A stretch of 60,981 bases of DNA, from the NCBI RefSeq assembly GCF_001194135.2, contig NC_068982.1:29792602-29853582 (forward strand), read 5' to 3'. Each line of letters opens with the position of its first letter. The first letter of the stretch is position 1. The position numbers were made by a program, and so were the translations under genes. Source of the DNA: Octopus bimaculoides. Its lineage: Eukaryota. The notes under the pieces are model-generated. The model searched no databases. It saw only the letters and a program-made list of their open reading frames with translations, and was not told the DNA's origin. This document shows, in pieces, positions 50,387 through 60,981 of the stretch.

Positions 50387-51277
50387 TTAAGGAGGATGCT
50401 AATAAAATTGTGTGACATTAAAATCTTTGTAAATGAAATTAACTAAAACATTTTAGAAGAGGAGTTACACTGCATTAGTTTCAAATTTTAACTGGTTTTA
50501 ATCCAGTTTCAAATTTGGTTGGCTTCCATTAAGATGGATGTATGGCATATAGCTTTCATTATTATTATTTTATGAGGGCAGCAATGCTAAACATTTTCTG
50601 ATTTTTCCAGTATGTTGAAAGTATGCATATTTAATAACATAAAATGTAGAGAGTAGATTTTAGGTGCAAAAAAGCCGAATTAGGTTTTTAGGTGCAAATT
50701 TTGGTGCCAAACATAGTGCTTTTAGGTGCAAAAGATATCATTTTCCATTCAAATTTAATAAAAATGTTAAGATTCTTTGAGAATATGATTATTCTTAGAT
50801 TTAAAGAAGAAATAAATACATCTATGCTTATTAAATAGTACATTTCACTTATTTTCAAATTAAGATTTATTTAATCAATACAAATAGTTCATAATTAAAA
50901 TAATACTACTTAGTATAAAATCTAGGACTCTGAATTACATTGAGAAAAATTCATCAAATATATTAAAATTTTATAAGTTAATGGAATTGAGCATTAAAAA
51001 TTTATCACTGCTAAATTTATTTTATGAAAAACCAATTTTTATTTTTATTTAAATGATTTAAAAAATGATTATTTGCATTTGAATATCAATGAAACAAAGA
51101 GACTTCAAAATGTTTGTAAAAAAATAAATTTAAAATTTTATCAAAATTGTTTTTTTTTTTGTTTTGTTTTGCTCAGTTATTAATTCGAAAAAATGTTTAC
51201 ATAGCTAAAAATAAATTAAATCAAAAAATTAATTAAATTAAAAAAATAAATTTTCTATCACTCTCCTCCTGATCCTC

Positions 51278-51476
51278 TTGTCTGGAAGTGACAAGGACAA
51301 CAAAAGAACTGGGCAAGAATGGCATCAAGTGCAAATACAATGTTCTACATGATAATATCCAAGGAATTTCTAAGCTGGTCGCCCGAGGCTTTGGTTGTCA
51401 TGATGGTGTCAAGTGCATAAGGAACCTGATCTATGAGGTGACATACAATGTCCTCAAGGTGTTTCTTGAGAATATG
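51278..51476 (+). pseudogene. H4: Histone H4 pseudogene fragment (about residues 1-66)
   Basis: LSGSDKDNK(+1)[56 protein letters not shown] aligns collinearly with H4 [65 protein letters not shown]. Confidence 0.9.
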
Positions 51477-52434
51477 AACATGCTCAGACATCTTTTGTCT
51501 TAAATTGTTTGATTTACATTAGCTGCACTGCCTTCTGACTTGTATCATTTAATTCATCTGTTGCTGCTTTATTGATATTTTCCTCTTTTATCTTGTGTCC
51601 CTCATTGGTGTTTCTATACAATTTTTGTTAGTGTATAAAATGTTTGTATAATGTTTATAAAATGGCTATAATATTTGAAGAAAATATCTCTTTAGATTTT
51701 ATATTTTTTAGTTTTGCTTCCACAACAATTATGTTTTGTATGTAAAAAGCATTGCCTGTAAAAAAACAAATGGACAAACAGTGAGTATGTGGCCACAGGT
51801 GAGATAATATTCTTAATTAAATGAACACAGCCAGAAAATTATTGCAGCTGAAGCTGAAATTAAAATATATGAAAAAAATGTTTTTAATTATAGTCAAACT
51901 ATTCTGTATGGTACTTCATATATTTACTCCCTATAAAGTAAAATATGATAGAAGATTAGGTTTGGTTGAAGAACTTGTATATAATGGAAATGTAGCGTGT
52001 CTTTCAAAATGAAAAAAAAATTCAGTTACCTTCATTTCATGTTTTCCCAATTATAGCTGATATGACATTTAGGCATACAGAAATGTACTCTAGTGAGGTA
52101 GAGTGACTAGGCTACGTTTTGACTTACCTAGTAAAAGTCAAAAATAATGAAAGATAAATGATGTGGAGGTTTTAGCGGGTATCTATCTTCCTCCACTAAA
52201 AGAACTGAAATTTATCTCCATTACCATGAGAAGAAATGTGATTGGAATCTCTGCATTAGAAATCTAACACTCATGGGCTCTTGATACCAAGAAGTCACCC
52301 CCAGTAAGCTTGACCAACATACCTCTCTTGCTCAAAGGACACAAAATTTACTTTATCTTCCTCAGACTCAGCATAAACCATGGGTCCAATGAGAAAGTAC
52401 CATGGTGGAAAGGATATGGCTCTTCAAATTTAAC

Positions 52435-53254
52435 CATTTACAAAAACTATTAACAAAATGAATAAAAAATATACAGGGTGTCCACAAAGTCTGGGTACAT
52501 GGGATTAACAAATACTTTAAGAAATTATTATGTAATTGTTTATGTTATGATTTTATTTACTCCATGTACCCTCATGGGGATTAACATATACTTTAAGAAA
52601 TTATTATTTCTTATATTTAATTGTTTATATTATGATTTTATTTACTCCATCTACCCAGACTTTGTGGACACCCTGTATAAGCACCATGTTTAATTTCTAA
52701 AACTGTCTACAGTTTAGCAAAATGAAACAGGCCAAATATGAATCCTGAAAATTAGATTGAACAATAAATTATAAAAATAAAAAGAATTATGCCTGAGTAC
52801 AGGACTTCATTCTCATAAGCCAACAACTAAAGTGGTTGACCTCAGCATGAAGGAAAGGAAAAATGAAATGCTTATGAAAGTAGTTCAACAAAAATTGATG
52901 AAGTCTCAATGATTTCAAGTTAGCCAGTTTTTATCATTTTTGTGAAGGCTGAAGATAATATAATTTTCCACATTTTTTCTTGATTTGGTTAAGTAGAAAG
53001 AATATGATGCAAATACAATATACATTTCTGTATAACAAAGTCTGAATTTTGATGAATGTCTGAAAAATAACCTCATTGCATTTTGTTCTGACAAGGAATT
53101 CAGGAATGAGTGCTAAACCTAATGATTTCCCGAGATCATAATTTGACACTGTTGGAGTCACCATCAACTTGCTTTGCATGATTCTGTCAAAGATATAAAT
53201 AAAATAAACTACTTTCAAATATTTACTGACAAAATATAAAAGATTTTTCACTGA
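52435..53254 (+). pseudogene. hAT (KIAA1586-like) transposase, central part, interrupted by a Tc1 MITE
   Basis: KTINKMNKKY [MITE] ...KTVYSLAK*NRP...TGLHS...IDEVS...FFLDLVK...LKNNLIAFCSD...NSGMSAK...HC..HHQLALHDSVKDINKINYFQIFTDKI*KIFH. Confidence 0.8.
52474..52675. mobile_element. Tc1/mariner-type MITE (202 bp) with an internal ~80-bp duplication
   Basis: TA TSDs; TIRs cagggtgtccacaaagtctgggtacatgg and ccatctacccagactttgtggacaccctg. Confidence 0.92.
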
Positions 53255-53258
53255 TTAA

Positions 53259-53473
53259 CCTTTTTGTTACTATATTTCTGTTGAGATGCTCTGTGTTTCT
53301 TTTAATTAATTTTGAATATAACAAAGAATTTAGTAAAATAACTTAGTTATCATTAAGCTAGTGTTAGGAACATTAATTGTGACTAAGGTTTAGTGAAAGA
53401 TTTTTATAGAGAACTTTTGAAAACAAGACATTTGTACTACAGAGCCAGAGGTGATTTCAGGCTTGTTAAAGGG
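53259..53473. mobile_element. piggyBac-type MITE related to 50171-50386
   Basis: TTAA|cctttttgttac...gttaaaggg|TTAA; similar length and interior (agtaaaataact...tcattaa). Confidence 0.8.
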
Positions 53474-53513
53474 TTAAATGAGACCAAAATAAAATTTGAT
53501 ATTTCAGGTTATT

Positions 53514-53728
53514 AAAGCAGCAAGCTGGCAGAACCATTAACATGCCAGGCAAAATGCTTAGTGGCATTTCATCCATCTGTATGTTCCGAGTTCAAATTCC
53601 TCCAGAGTCAACATTGCCTTTCATTCTTTCAGGGTCAATAAAATAAATACCAGCTGGACACTGGGGTCAATGTAATTGACTTACTCACTCCTCAAGAATT
53701 GTTGGCCTTGTGCCAAAATTTGAAACCA
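53514..53728 (+). mobile_element. SINE family B with a 15-bp TSD
   Basis: atatttcaggttatt at 53499-53513 and 53729-53743. Confidence 0.9.
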
Positions 53729-53743
53729 ATATTTCAGGTTATT

Positions 53744-54770
53744 TGGATTAGAAATCCTGAAGATCAGTAGAATTTTGGAACCAAGATAGGCTACCTGTAG
53801 TCTTAGATGAGCTGTGATTGTATGGTGTACTGTCATCCAGCATTGCTCAAGTATTTTTCTTTTAAGGCAAAAAATACAGGAAAAGCAAACTAGATTTTCT
53901 TCAAAACTTAACTGGAAGGTTTAGCAATCATGATAGATGATGTGTGTGAAGAAGATTTTTTTCCCTGTCAAATTCTCTTCAAGCAAGAAATTTAAATATC
54001 CATGAGCTGAAAAATTAATACATAGAATAATCAAGGCTATCAAAACACACAAAAGTAGAAAGGATACCTTATGAAAGGGACATGGATGAAACCATTTCCT
54101 GGAAAGCATTTCAGCATATTGAGTTTATTGATAATAAGAAATATTTGAGCTTTCCTTGCTAAAGATTACTGGGTAGAGTAATAAGAAATATGAAAGTGAA
54201 ACTGATGAATTGTAAGATTTTAAAATCAAGAAATAATGCTCAAGAAACTAACAGAATTTATATACTGGTTGGTATATGTTGTTAACCCAGATTCTTGAAG
54301 CACTGATGAAGTTATACCCTGAAAAGCTGCTGAAGAAAATTTAGATGAATTCTGTAAACAATTTTCCCCATATGATCTCTGCCAATAACTTCTGAATGTT
54401 ACCCAAAATAACTATAATAAAATCCTAACAACAGAGCAAAAAGAAAAGATTAAAAGGAGAAAAGGAAGAAGAAAAAGGAAGCAAAATCATTAATACCATT
54501 ACCTTTAATTCTGCTGAGGCAGAAAGAATATTTTCAATGATGGACGTTATATATTCTGATAAAAGGAATCCCCTTAAAGTGAAAAAGAAAATTGTGGCAA
54601 CTCTTATGGTGATTAATTTGATCAGCCTCCCATTGAGTTTGAAGGATTATATGGAATCAGTTTGAATAATGTGACCGAGAGAAAATCACACCCCTGATGA
54701 CAAAAGGGTAAAACATGCAACCAATGAAATATGTGATGAAAATCAAACCTCAGTATAGAAATATTTACAG
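53744..54770 (+). pseudogene. hAT transposase C-terminal half, including the dimerisation domain
   Basis: GLEILKISRILEPR*ATCSLR...HPALLKYFS...LAIMID...SLSNSLQARNLNI...TITFNSAEAERIFSMMDVIYSDKRNPLKV (hATC motif S.EAER.FS). Confidence 0.82.
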
Positions 54771-54923
54771 CCTGATGATAAAATGTATCTTATTATACAA
54801 AAGTCATTGTTATTTGTTTATTTATTTGCTATTTGAATGATATAAATATTATTCCATTGACAAAATATTTAGGAGTGTAAAAGAAGAAATATTGGAAACT
54901 GATTTCTAATTTTGTAAACCAAG

Positions 54924-56137
54924 ATCATCATCATCATCATCATCATTGTCATCATCATCATCTTTTAATGTCCATTGTCCATACTGGCATGGGGTGATGG
55001 TTTGACCAAGGCTGATAAGAAGAGGGGCTGCACCAGACTCCAGTTTGATTTGGCGTGGTTTCTACAGCTGGACACCCTTCCCAATGCCAACCACTCTAAG
55101 AGTGTAATGGGTGCCTTTTACATGCCACTGACACAGGTACCAGTTGCATGACACCTGTATCTGCCACGACTATGATTTAACTTGGCTTGATGGGTTTCCT
55201 TCTCAAGCACAACATATTGCCAAAGGTCTTAGTCATTTGTCATTGCCTCCATGAGGCCCAACACTTGAAAGGTGCATTTTACGTGTGACTGACACAGGTG
55301 TCACTTAAACAACACTGGCATTGGCCTCATGGCCTCCTTGAGGCTCAATGCTTGACAGATGCTTTTTATGTGTCACAGGCACTGGTGCCAGGTGCGTGAC
55401 ACTTAGCTTGATAGGTCTTCTCAAGCACGGCATATCGCCAAATGTCTTGGTCACAAGTCATTGCCTTCATAAGGCCTAGTGTTTGAAGATCATGCTTCAC
55501 TACCTCACCCCATGTCTTCCTGGGTCTACCTCTTTCACAGGTTCCCTCCACAGTTAGAGATCAGCACTTCTTTACACAGCTGTCCTAATCCATATGCATC
55601 ACAGTTGTCTCTCTTGCACACCACATATGATGTCTTTTATGTCCAGCTTTTCTCTCAAGATGCTTACACTCTGTCATACATGCACACTGACATTGCACAT
55701 CCAGCAAAGCATGCTAGCTTCATTTCTTTCAAGCCTGTGCATGTCCTTGGTGGTCACAGCCCATATTTCACAGCCATGTAGCACAGCTGTTCACACATAG
55801 GCAACATACAGTCTACCTTTCACTCTGAGGGAGAAACCTTTTGTTGCCAACAGAGGTAGGAGCTCTATGAATTTTACCCAGCCTATTCTTATTCTTGCAG
55901 CTATGCTCCTCAGAACATCTACCCCTACTACTGACTTGGTCACCTAGATAACGGATGCTGTTAACTACCTCTAGCTTACCCCACTGGTATTTGATGGAGT
56001 CTATTTTCTTTACATTTCTAGTGCTTATTATACCTGTGCGCCTTCCACACATGAAACCTCTCTTCCCAGTTAACCTTCCTCTGATATTGTTGCACCTCTT
56101 ATGTATCCATAGCTTGCACTGGGTACAACTTATGGAA
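54924..56137 (-). mobile_element. Longest RTE family D copy: RT C-terminus with Cys-rich insert, 3' UTR and (GAT)n tail
   Basis: SISCTQCKLWIHKRC...FMCGR...KLEVVNSIRYLGDQVSS...MEGTCERGRPRKTWGEVVKHDLQTLGLMKAMTCDQDIWRYAVLEK, then a UTR ending in the shared family D tail. Confidence 0.88.
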
Positions 56138-56395
56138 AAAAAGAAGAGCAATGTGATTTCAGACAGATTTGAATCCCACTATTGTCGATAGACTGTTAGA
56201 TAATTTTATATTTTCTATATTTCCATAATTTCATATTTTATTTGATTCTGCACAAGATTTCTACATTTAAATTTAATATATTTATGATCGTTAAAATACA
56301 TTTGTTTATACAAGTTTTATGTACTTAAATGTATTTATAGACATATAATTCATATATATATATATATATATATATACATACAAACATATACATAC

Positions 56396-56441
<46 letters not shown>

Positions 56442-56678
56442 CTAACTATCTATCTATATATATATATATATAATAGAAATATGTTACAAAAACAAAATAG
56501 AAACTACACGTGGAAATGTAAGGGGAAAGTAAGCAGAAAAATAAGTGAAAATGCACATTGGAAATCAAATTTTATTTTTATGTTTTTTTATTTATTATTA
56601 GCGTTGCTTAATATATTTTGCTAAAATTGCTGTTTCTTTTCAGATATCATCTGAAAAAGGTAATTAAAATTTATTAAA

Positions 56679-56840
56679 ATGATAGCTCTATCGGACTTTC
56701 ACAGAGGTCAAATTGTTGGTGCTCATGTGGCAGGTGCTAGCATAATGAAAACAGCCGAAATGTTTGGTGTATCAATAAGTACTGTCTTGAAAGTAATGAC
56801 AGCCTTTGAGAAAGAGGGATAAACCTCCTTGTCGAAACAA
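56679..56840 (+). mobile_element. Tc1-type transposase N-terminal HTH fragment
   Basis: MIALSDFHRGQIVGAHVAGASIMKTAEMFGVSISTVLKVMTAFEKEG* matches LSDF.RGQIVGAR.AGAS..KTA...GVSR.TVS.VM. Confidence 0.8.
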
Positions 56841-56854
56841 GGATATGCAGGAGA

Positions 56855-57165
56855 CCAACTGAGAGAGCAATGCCTGTCATCGCCACAGATGGAGGAAGCA
56901 GGTTAAGGAGGGATCAGCACCTTTGAGAGAGCTTGTATTCTGCATGAAGAATTTAAGCGTGCTGCTCAAAAGTGCACTGTTAGTGTAGTGAATGGAGAAT
57001 GCTTGGTTTGCAATGTTTGCAGTCAGGTATACTTGGTAAGAGCAGGGCTCATTAGCCACTAATGAAGCCGCAAATGCAAAATATAAGTCATTCCTAGAGT
57101 GCAGAATGTTCCTAAATGTCAGTAATGGTCTTCCTCGGTCATGAGTGGATGGCCATCATCATCAT
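56855..57165 (+). mobile_element. BovB-like RTE 3' end with a (CAT)n tail
   Basis: Homologous to 13563-13915 (NACHRHRWRKQVK...ttggtttgcaatgtttgcag...gggctcattagccac...ggatggccatcatcatc). Confidence 0.8.
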
Positions 57166-58394
57166 GTATGTATGTATGTATGTATGTATGTATGTTCTGG
57201 CTATGACTGGTAGTGAGGCTCTGATTTTGTGAGTTCTGGATTTTGAAAAGTATGGACCCACCTCTTAGCCAGTATTGTTCCCAGTTCTACTCTGACTCAG
57301 AGTTGTAGCACCTGTCGGGGTCCCAGTTACAGATTAACTAGCGTGTGTATTGACAATCCATCTGAGCAGAAGTTTCCCAGCTCACCCTTTTAAAATTATT
57401 CACTTTATATCTCAACTGATTTCATCATAACCATACATTTCTAGTGAGTGCTTGGTGTTATCACATCTTTCCACAACCACTTAGGATTTTGTTTGTTGCA
57501 GTCATCATTGAGGATGCCAATTTATTTATCAAACATTGTGCATTCTTTTTGTGTTGTGTGTATAAAATAAATACTCATTGGTGGTAAAATATTCACACTG
57601 GTTTTCCCTATGTGTATGTTTGCAGATTTCTTTGCTCATATAGAAAATGAACTAATATACACAAACGTCTGTGCATGAACAGGTATGTAACACGTAGACA
57701 GATAATTCTTTTAGTTCTCTTTCTACTCATCGTTATTTTTTAATCAATAAAAATCAATAAGACATTGATTAAGTTCAATGAACTTAATCATTATGATATT
57801 GTCAACTTACGTCTTTCTGATTATGTCTCAACAGTCAGTTGCATTTAAAGCACTTTTGTATAGCTTTCTTATGCAAATTTAGATCATCTAATATATTTCA
57901 ATTTAGATAACAACAAAAAAAAAAATTATCTCAAAAAGACATTATTCTCTATAAGTGGATCATTTGGTTACAAAACAGACCAGGAAATAGAAAATTATTG
58001 TGTTAATTAACTTTTTTTCTTCTTAATTTTACGATAACAGAAGGATCATAGCTCTGATGCTTCTCTGTTTTTCTTTTATGTGCCTCACAAGTTATATTGT
58101 CTGCAGAATGATTTGACAAATAGTGATTGGTTTTATGTCACTGATTTAGGTGACATACCAGTTTAGTGAAATGGTCAGCATTTGCCAAAACACATCTTCA
58201 GAATGGATCAATATAAAAGACAACCAGATCATAATGTTATGTTGAATTTATTTTTCAAATCTTGGCTGCTAGCAAGAAAAAAAAATAGGGTTATCCCAAT
58301 AGTCTTTAATTACTTCCTGAGACATTGGTTTGTGAGACTGGTTTCCCTGATTCTGTGACAGGTATATTTTCTCCATCTTCTGCACATGACACCT

Positions 58395-58550
58395 GTCTAT
58401 CACAAGGTTGCTCATTTTTGCCAGCTGGATGGACTGGAGGAATATGAAATAATGTGTTTTACTAAGAACATAATACATTGCCCAGTCCGTGAATTGAAAC
58501 CACAATCTTAAAGCCATGAGTGCAACACTCTAACCACCAGGCCATGCACC
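58395..58550 (-). mobile_element. SINE family C, partial
   Basis: ctcatttttgccagctggatggactggag...gaattgaaaccacaatc...actctaaccaccaggccatgcacctcc. Confidence 0.7.
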
Positions 58551-58654
58551 TCCACATACAGCACTGGACCAATTATCCAGCAAGCTTAGGACCAGAAGTG
58601 TCTTAGCTTTCAGGATTTTATGATTTTCTGGAAACAGTTTAAATGTTGTTGTTG

Positions 58655-59032
58655 GCACTCCGTTGCTTACAACGCCGAGAGTTCCAGTTGATCCGATCAA
58701 CGGAACAGCCTGCTCATGAAATTAACGTGCAAGTGGCTGAGCACTCCACAGATGCATGAACCCTCAACGTAGTTCTCGGGGATATTCAGCATGACAAAGT
58801 GTGACAAGGCTGACCCTTTGAATTACAGGCACAACAAAAACAGGACATAAGAGTGAGAGAAAGTTGTGGTGAAAGAGTATAGCAGGGTTCGCCACCATAC
58901 CCTGCCAGAGCCTCGTGGAGCTTTAGGTATTTTTGCTCAATAAACACTCACAATGCCCGGTCTGGGAATCGAAACTGCGATCCTATGACCGTGAGTTCGC
59001 TGCCCTAACCACTGGGCCATTGCGCCTCCACA
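58655..59032 (-). mobile_element. tRNA-derived SINE, non-CORE body with the tail shared with 25572
   Basis: Head tgtggaggcgcaatggcccagtggttagggcagcgaactc...gtttcgattcccagaccggg; tail gatccgatcaacggaacagcc. Confidence 0.75.
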
Positions 59033-59184
59033 GTCTAAATGTATACTTAAAATATTAAGCAAACTATGAAATGTAGAGTTAAACTGTATTTAACTGATTC
59101 ATATCAATAAACTTCTAAAGCAGGTCAGTTTGATATTTATCGATCCATTAAAACTTTTTTGAATATACCATAAATGGTAGAGTG

Positions 59185-59515
59185 TAAGGATGCCCTTTGG
59201 TTGCAAGTGACCATGGGATTGCAACCCGAAAGTTCCTCTCTGAAGTACAAGTCCAGACAAGGTTGTATATGAATGCTCAGCAGTTACCCATGCATGCCAG
59301 CCTCCCCACTTCATGCCACTAATGTTATCTAAAGGAAAGGCAAAAGCTTGGCACCAGTGACATCACGACTCATTTCTACAGCTGAGTGAACTGGAGCAAC
59401 ATGAAATAAAGTATCTTGCTTATCAAGAACACAACACACAACCCAGTCAGGGAAGGGAACTCACTACCTCATGATTGCAAGCCTGATGCTCTAACCACTG
59501 AGCCATGCGCCTTCA
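59185..59515 (-). mobile_element. SINE family C
   Basis: Reverse complement of 24707-25036. Confidence 0.8.
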
Positions 59516-60070
59516 TAAATATATCATATTGTACCATATATACAGTGTAATGTTTATAGAAAGAATATGAAGTAAAGTGAAGAACATGATTTTATTTAAC
59601 AGATACAGGTACAAATTTATACAATTCTGAAGCAGAGTATGTTTAATCACTATGAAACCACTTAAAAAGGTTCAGAAGAAAACTATTTTCAACACACCAT
59701 ATGCATATTAACCAGCTTCAAAAATAGGTTCTCTTTACTCAATACAGGGTACAGCAAATAGATTGATACTGCACAGTATTTCTTAGATGTCTGGAAGCCT
59801 GTATTCTTTTATGATTTATCTATTCTAAGAATTTCACTTTTGCTAGGGACCTGAAATCTGGGCCTCCAGTGCTCAGTAATGAAATTAATCATGTCATTTC
59901 ATCAGGTCAGAGAATGTGTTCTCTTCTTTTAGACATTGTGTACTGAGATATAAAAGCTTTTCATGAAAGTCTCTGGAATCATAATAAAAACATTCTTGTC
60001 TCTGATTGGCGTTGGATTGACAAACAGTTGGTGTGTTTCACTTCAGAAATCAATATTCAACATATGCATG

Positions 60071-60110
<40 letters not shown>

Positions 60111-60269
60111 CGTATATATACACACACACACATATATACACATGATAATAATAATAATATCTATATGAATATTCATTTGAATGTTTACTCATCTTTATAT
60201 ATATATACATACATATATATATTGTCTACACCACCTGTCTTCATCTTTTGTTTATTTGTGAATTCTCCT

Positions 60270-60299
<30 letters not shown>

Positions 60300-60304
<5 letters not shown>

Positions 60305-60540
60305 TCATCATCATCATCGTTTAACGTCCGCTTTCCATGCTAGCATGGGTTGGACCATTTGACTGAGGACTGGTGAAACCGGATGGCAACACCAGGCTCC
60401 AATCTAATTTGGCAGAGTTTCTACAGCTGGATGCCCTTCCTAACGCCAACCACTCAGAGAGTGTAGTGGGTGCTTTTACGTGTCACCCGCATGAAAACGG
60501 CCATGCTCGAAATGGTGTCTTTTATGTGCCACCCGCACAG
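60300..60540 (-). mobile_element. Young RTE 3' end (family D)
   Basis: Near-identical to 18430-18590; tail abuts (TA)n. Confidence 0.9.
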
Positions 60541-60949
60541 AGTAAATAATTCAGCAGAAAATATTTGCAAAGATACCATTAACTCTATTATTACTGGAAT
60601 AAAATAATTAAATTGATAATAACAGAATTAATAATGTAGGTGATTGCAGGCCCCAAAAAGCATTAAATAACTGAAAGATTAAAATTTATATTAATCAAAG
60701 GATTTTTTCAGCCAGTCCAGAAATTGGTCCTCATGAGTCCAAATGCTAAAAAATATATAGCTGAATGCTATATTGGTATGTTGAATGATTTTCTTAACCT
60801 GTGTGCTCACACATGGTTGATTTCTGTAGTTATTGTCAGTGTTTAAAGAGATTTCACTGTTATTTCCAGCAGGTAGACATACTCAGTATGGCCTTTGATT
60901 ACTATATATTCATATATATATACTGCATATATATATATATATATATTAG

Positions 60950-60981
<32 letters not shown>

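Noticed and set aside
52934-53251. Minus-strand 105-aa ORF with an acceptor-like site as a host exon
   Set aside because: It is the antisense of the hAT transposase remnant on the + strand.
57626-57682. Exon-like 57-bp segment (tttgcag|...cag|gtatgt)
   Set aside because: All three frames contain a stop and there is no recognisable homology or neighbouring exon. It can only be tested with RNA-seq.
122-60362. Most long ORFs in the supplied track (CVCV, YIYI, HTHT, ERER and poly-X products)
   Set aside because: They are translations of dinucleotide or tetranucleotide microsatellites or N-gaps, not proteins.
1-60981. A novel multi-gene system (defence, CRISPR, biosynthetic or viral)
   Set aside because: No intact protein-coding gene was found; every recognisable coding remnant maps to a known transposon superfamily or to histone H4.

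Overview
Eukaryotic, AT-rich, repeat-saturated DNA from a gapped draft assembly with 14 N-gaps, most flanked by microsatellites. The SINE/LINE repertoire strongly suggests an octopod genome (Octopus sp.; inference from repeat recall, not a database search). I found no intact host gene, no rRNA and no CRISPR array, so this is probably intronic or intergenic. Most ORF-track entries are microsatellite or N-gap artefacts. The window holds decayed mobile elements from many superfamilies: three tRNA-derived SINE families, at least three RTE-clade LINE families, an RLE-type (R4/Dong-like) LINE end, Penelope-like elements (an RT fragment plus minimal hammerhead-ribozyme-like repeats), mariner DD34D (one full-size 1.29 kb copy), maT DD37D, DD41D-like and Tc1 derivatives, a KIAA1586-like hAT transposase split by nested insertions, a Helitron Rep relic, and hAT, piggyBac and Tc1 MITEs. 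It also has a CpG-decayed histone H4 pseudogene, foldback hairpins and minisatellites. The best leads are the inverted hammerhead-like pair (8.7-9.3 kb), a 95-bp hairpin whose substitutions are almost all G-U compatible on the + strand (6.2-6.4 kb), and the nested hAT locus carrying an H4 fragment (48-55 kb). I cannot support a claim of a new multi-gene biological system. Repeat boundaries are approximate unless TIR or TSD coordinates are given.
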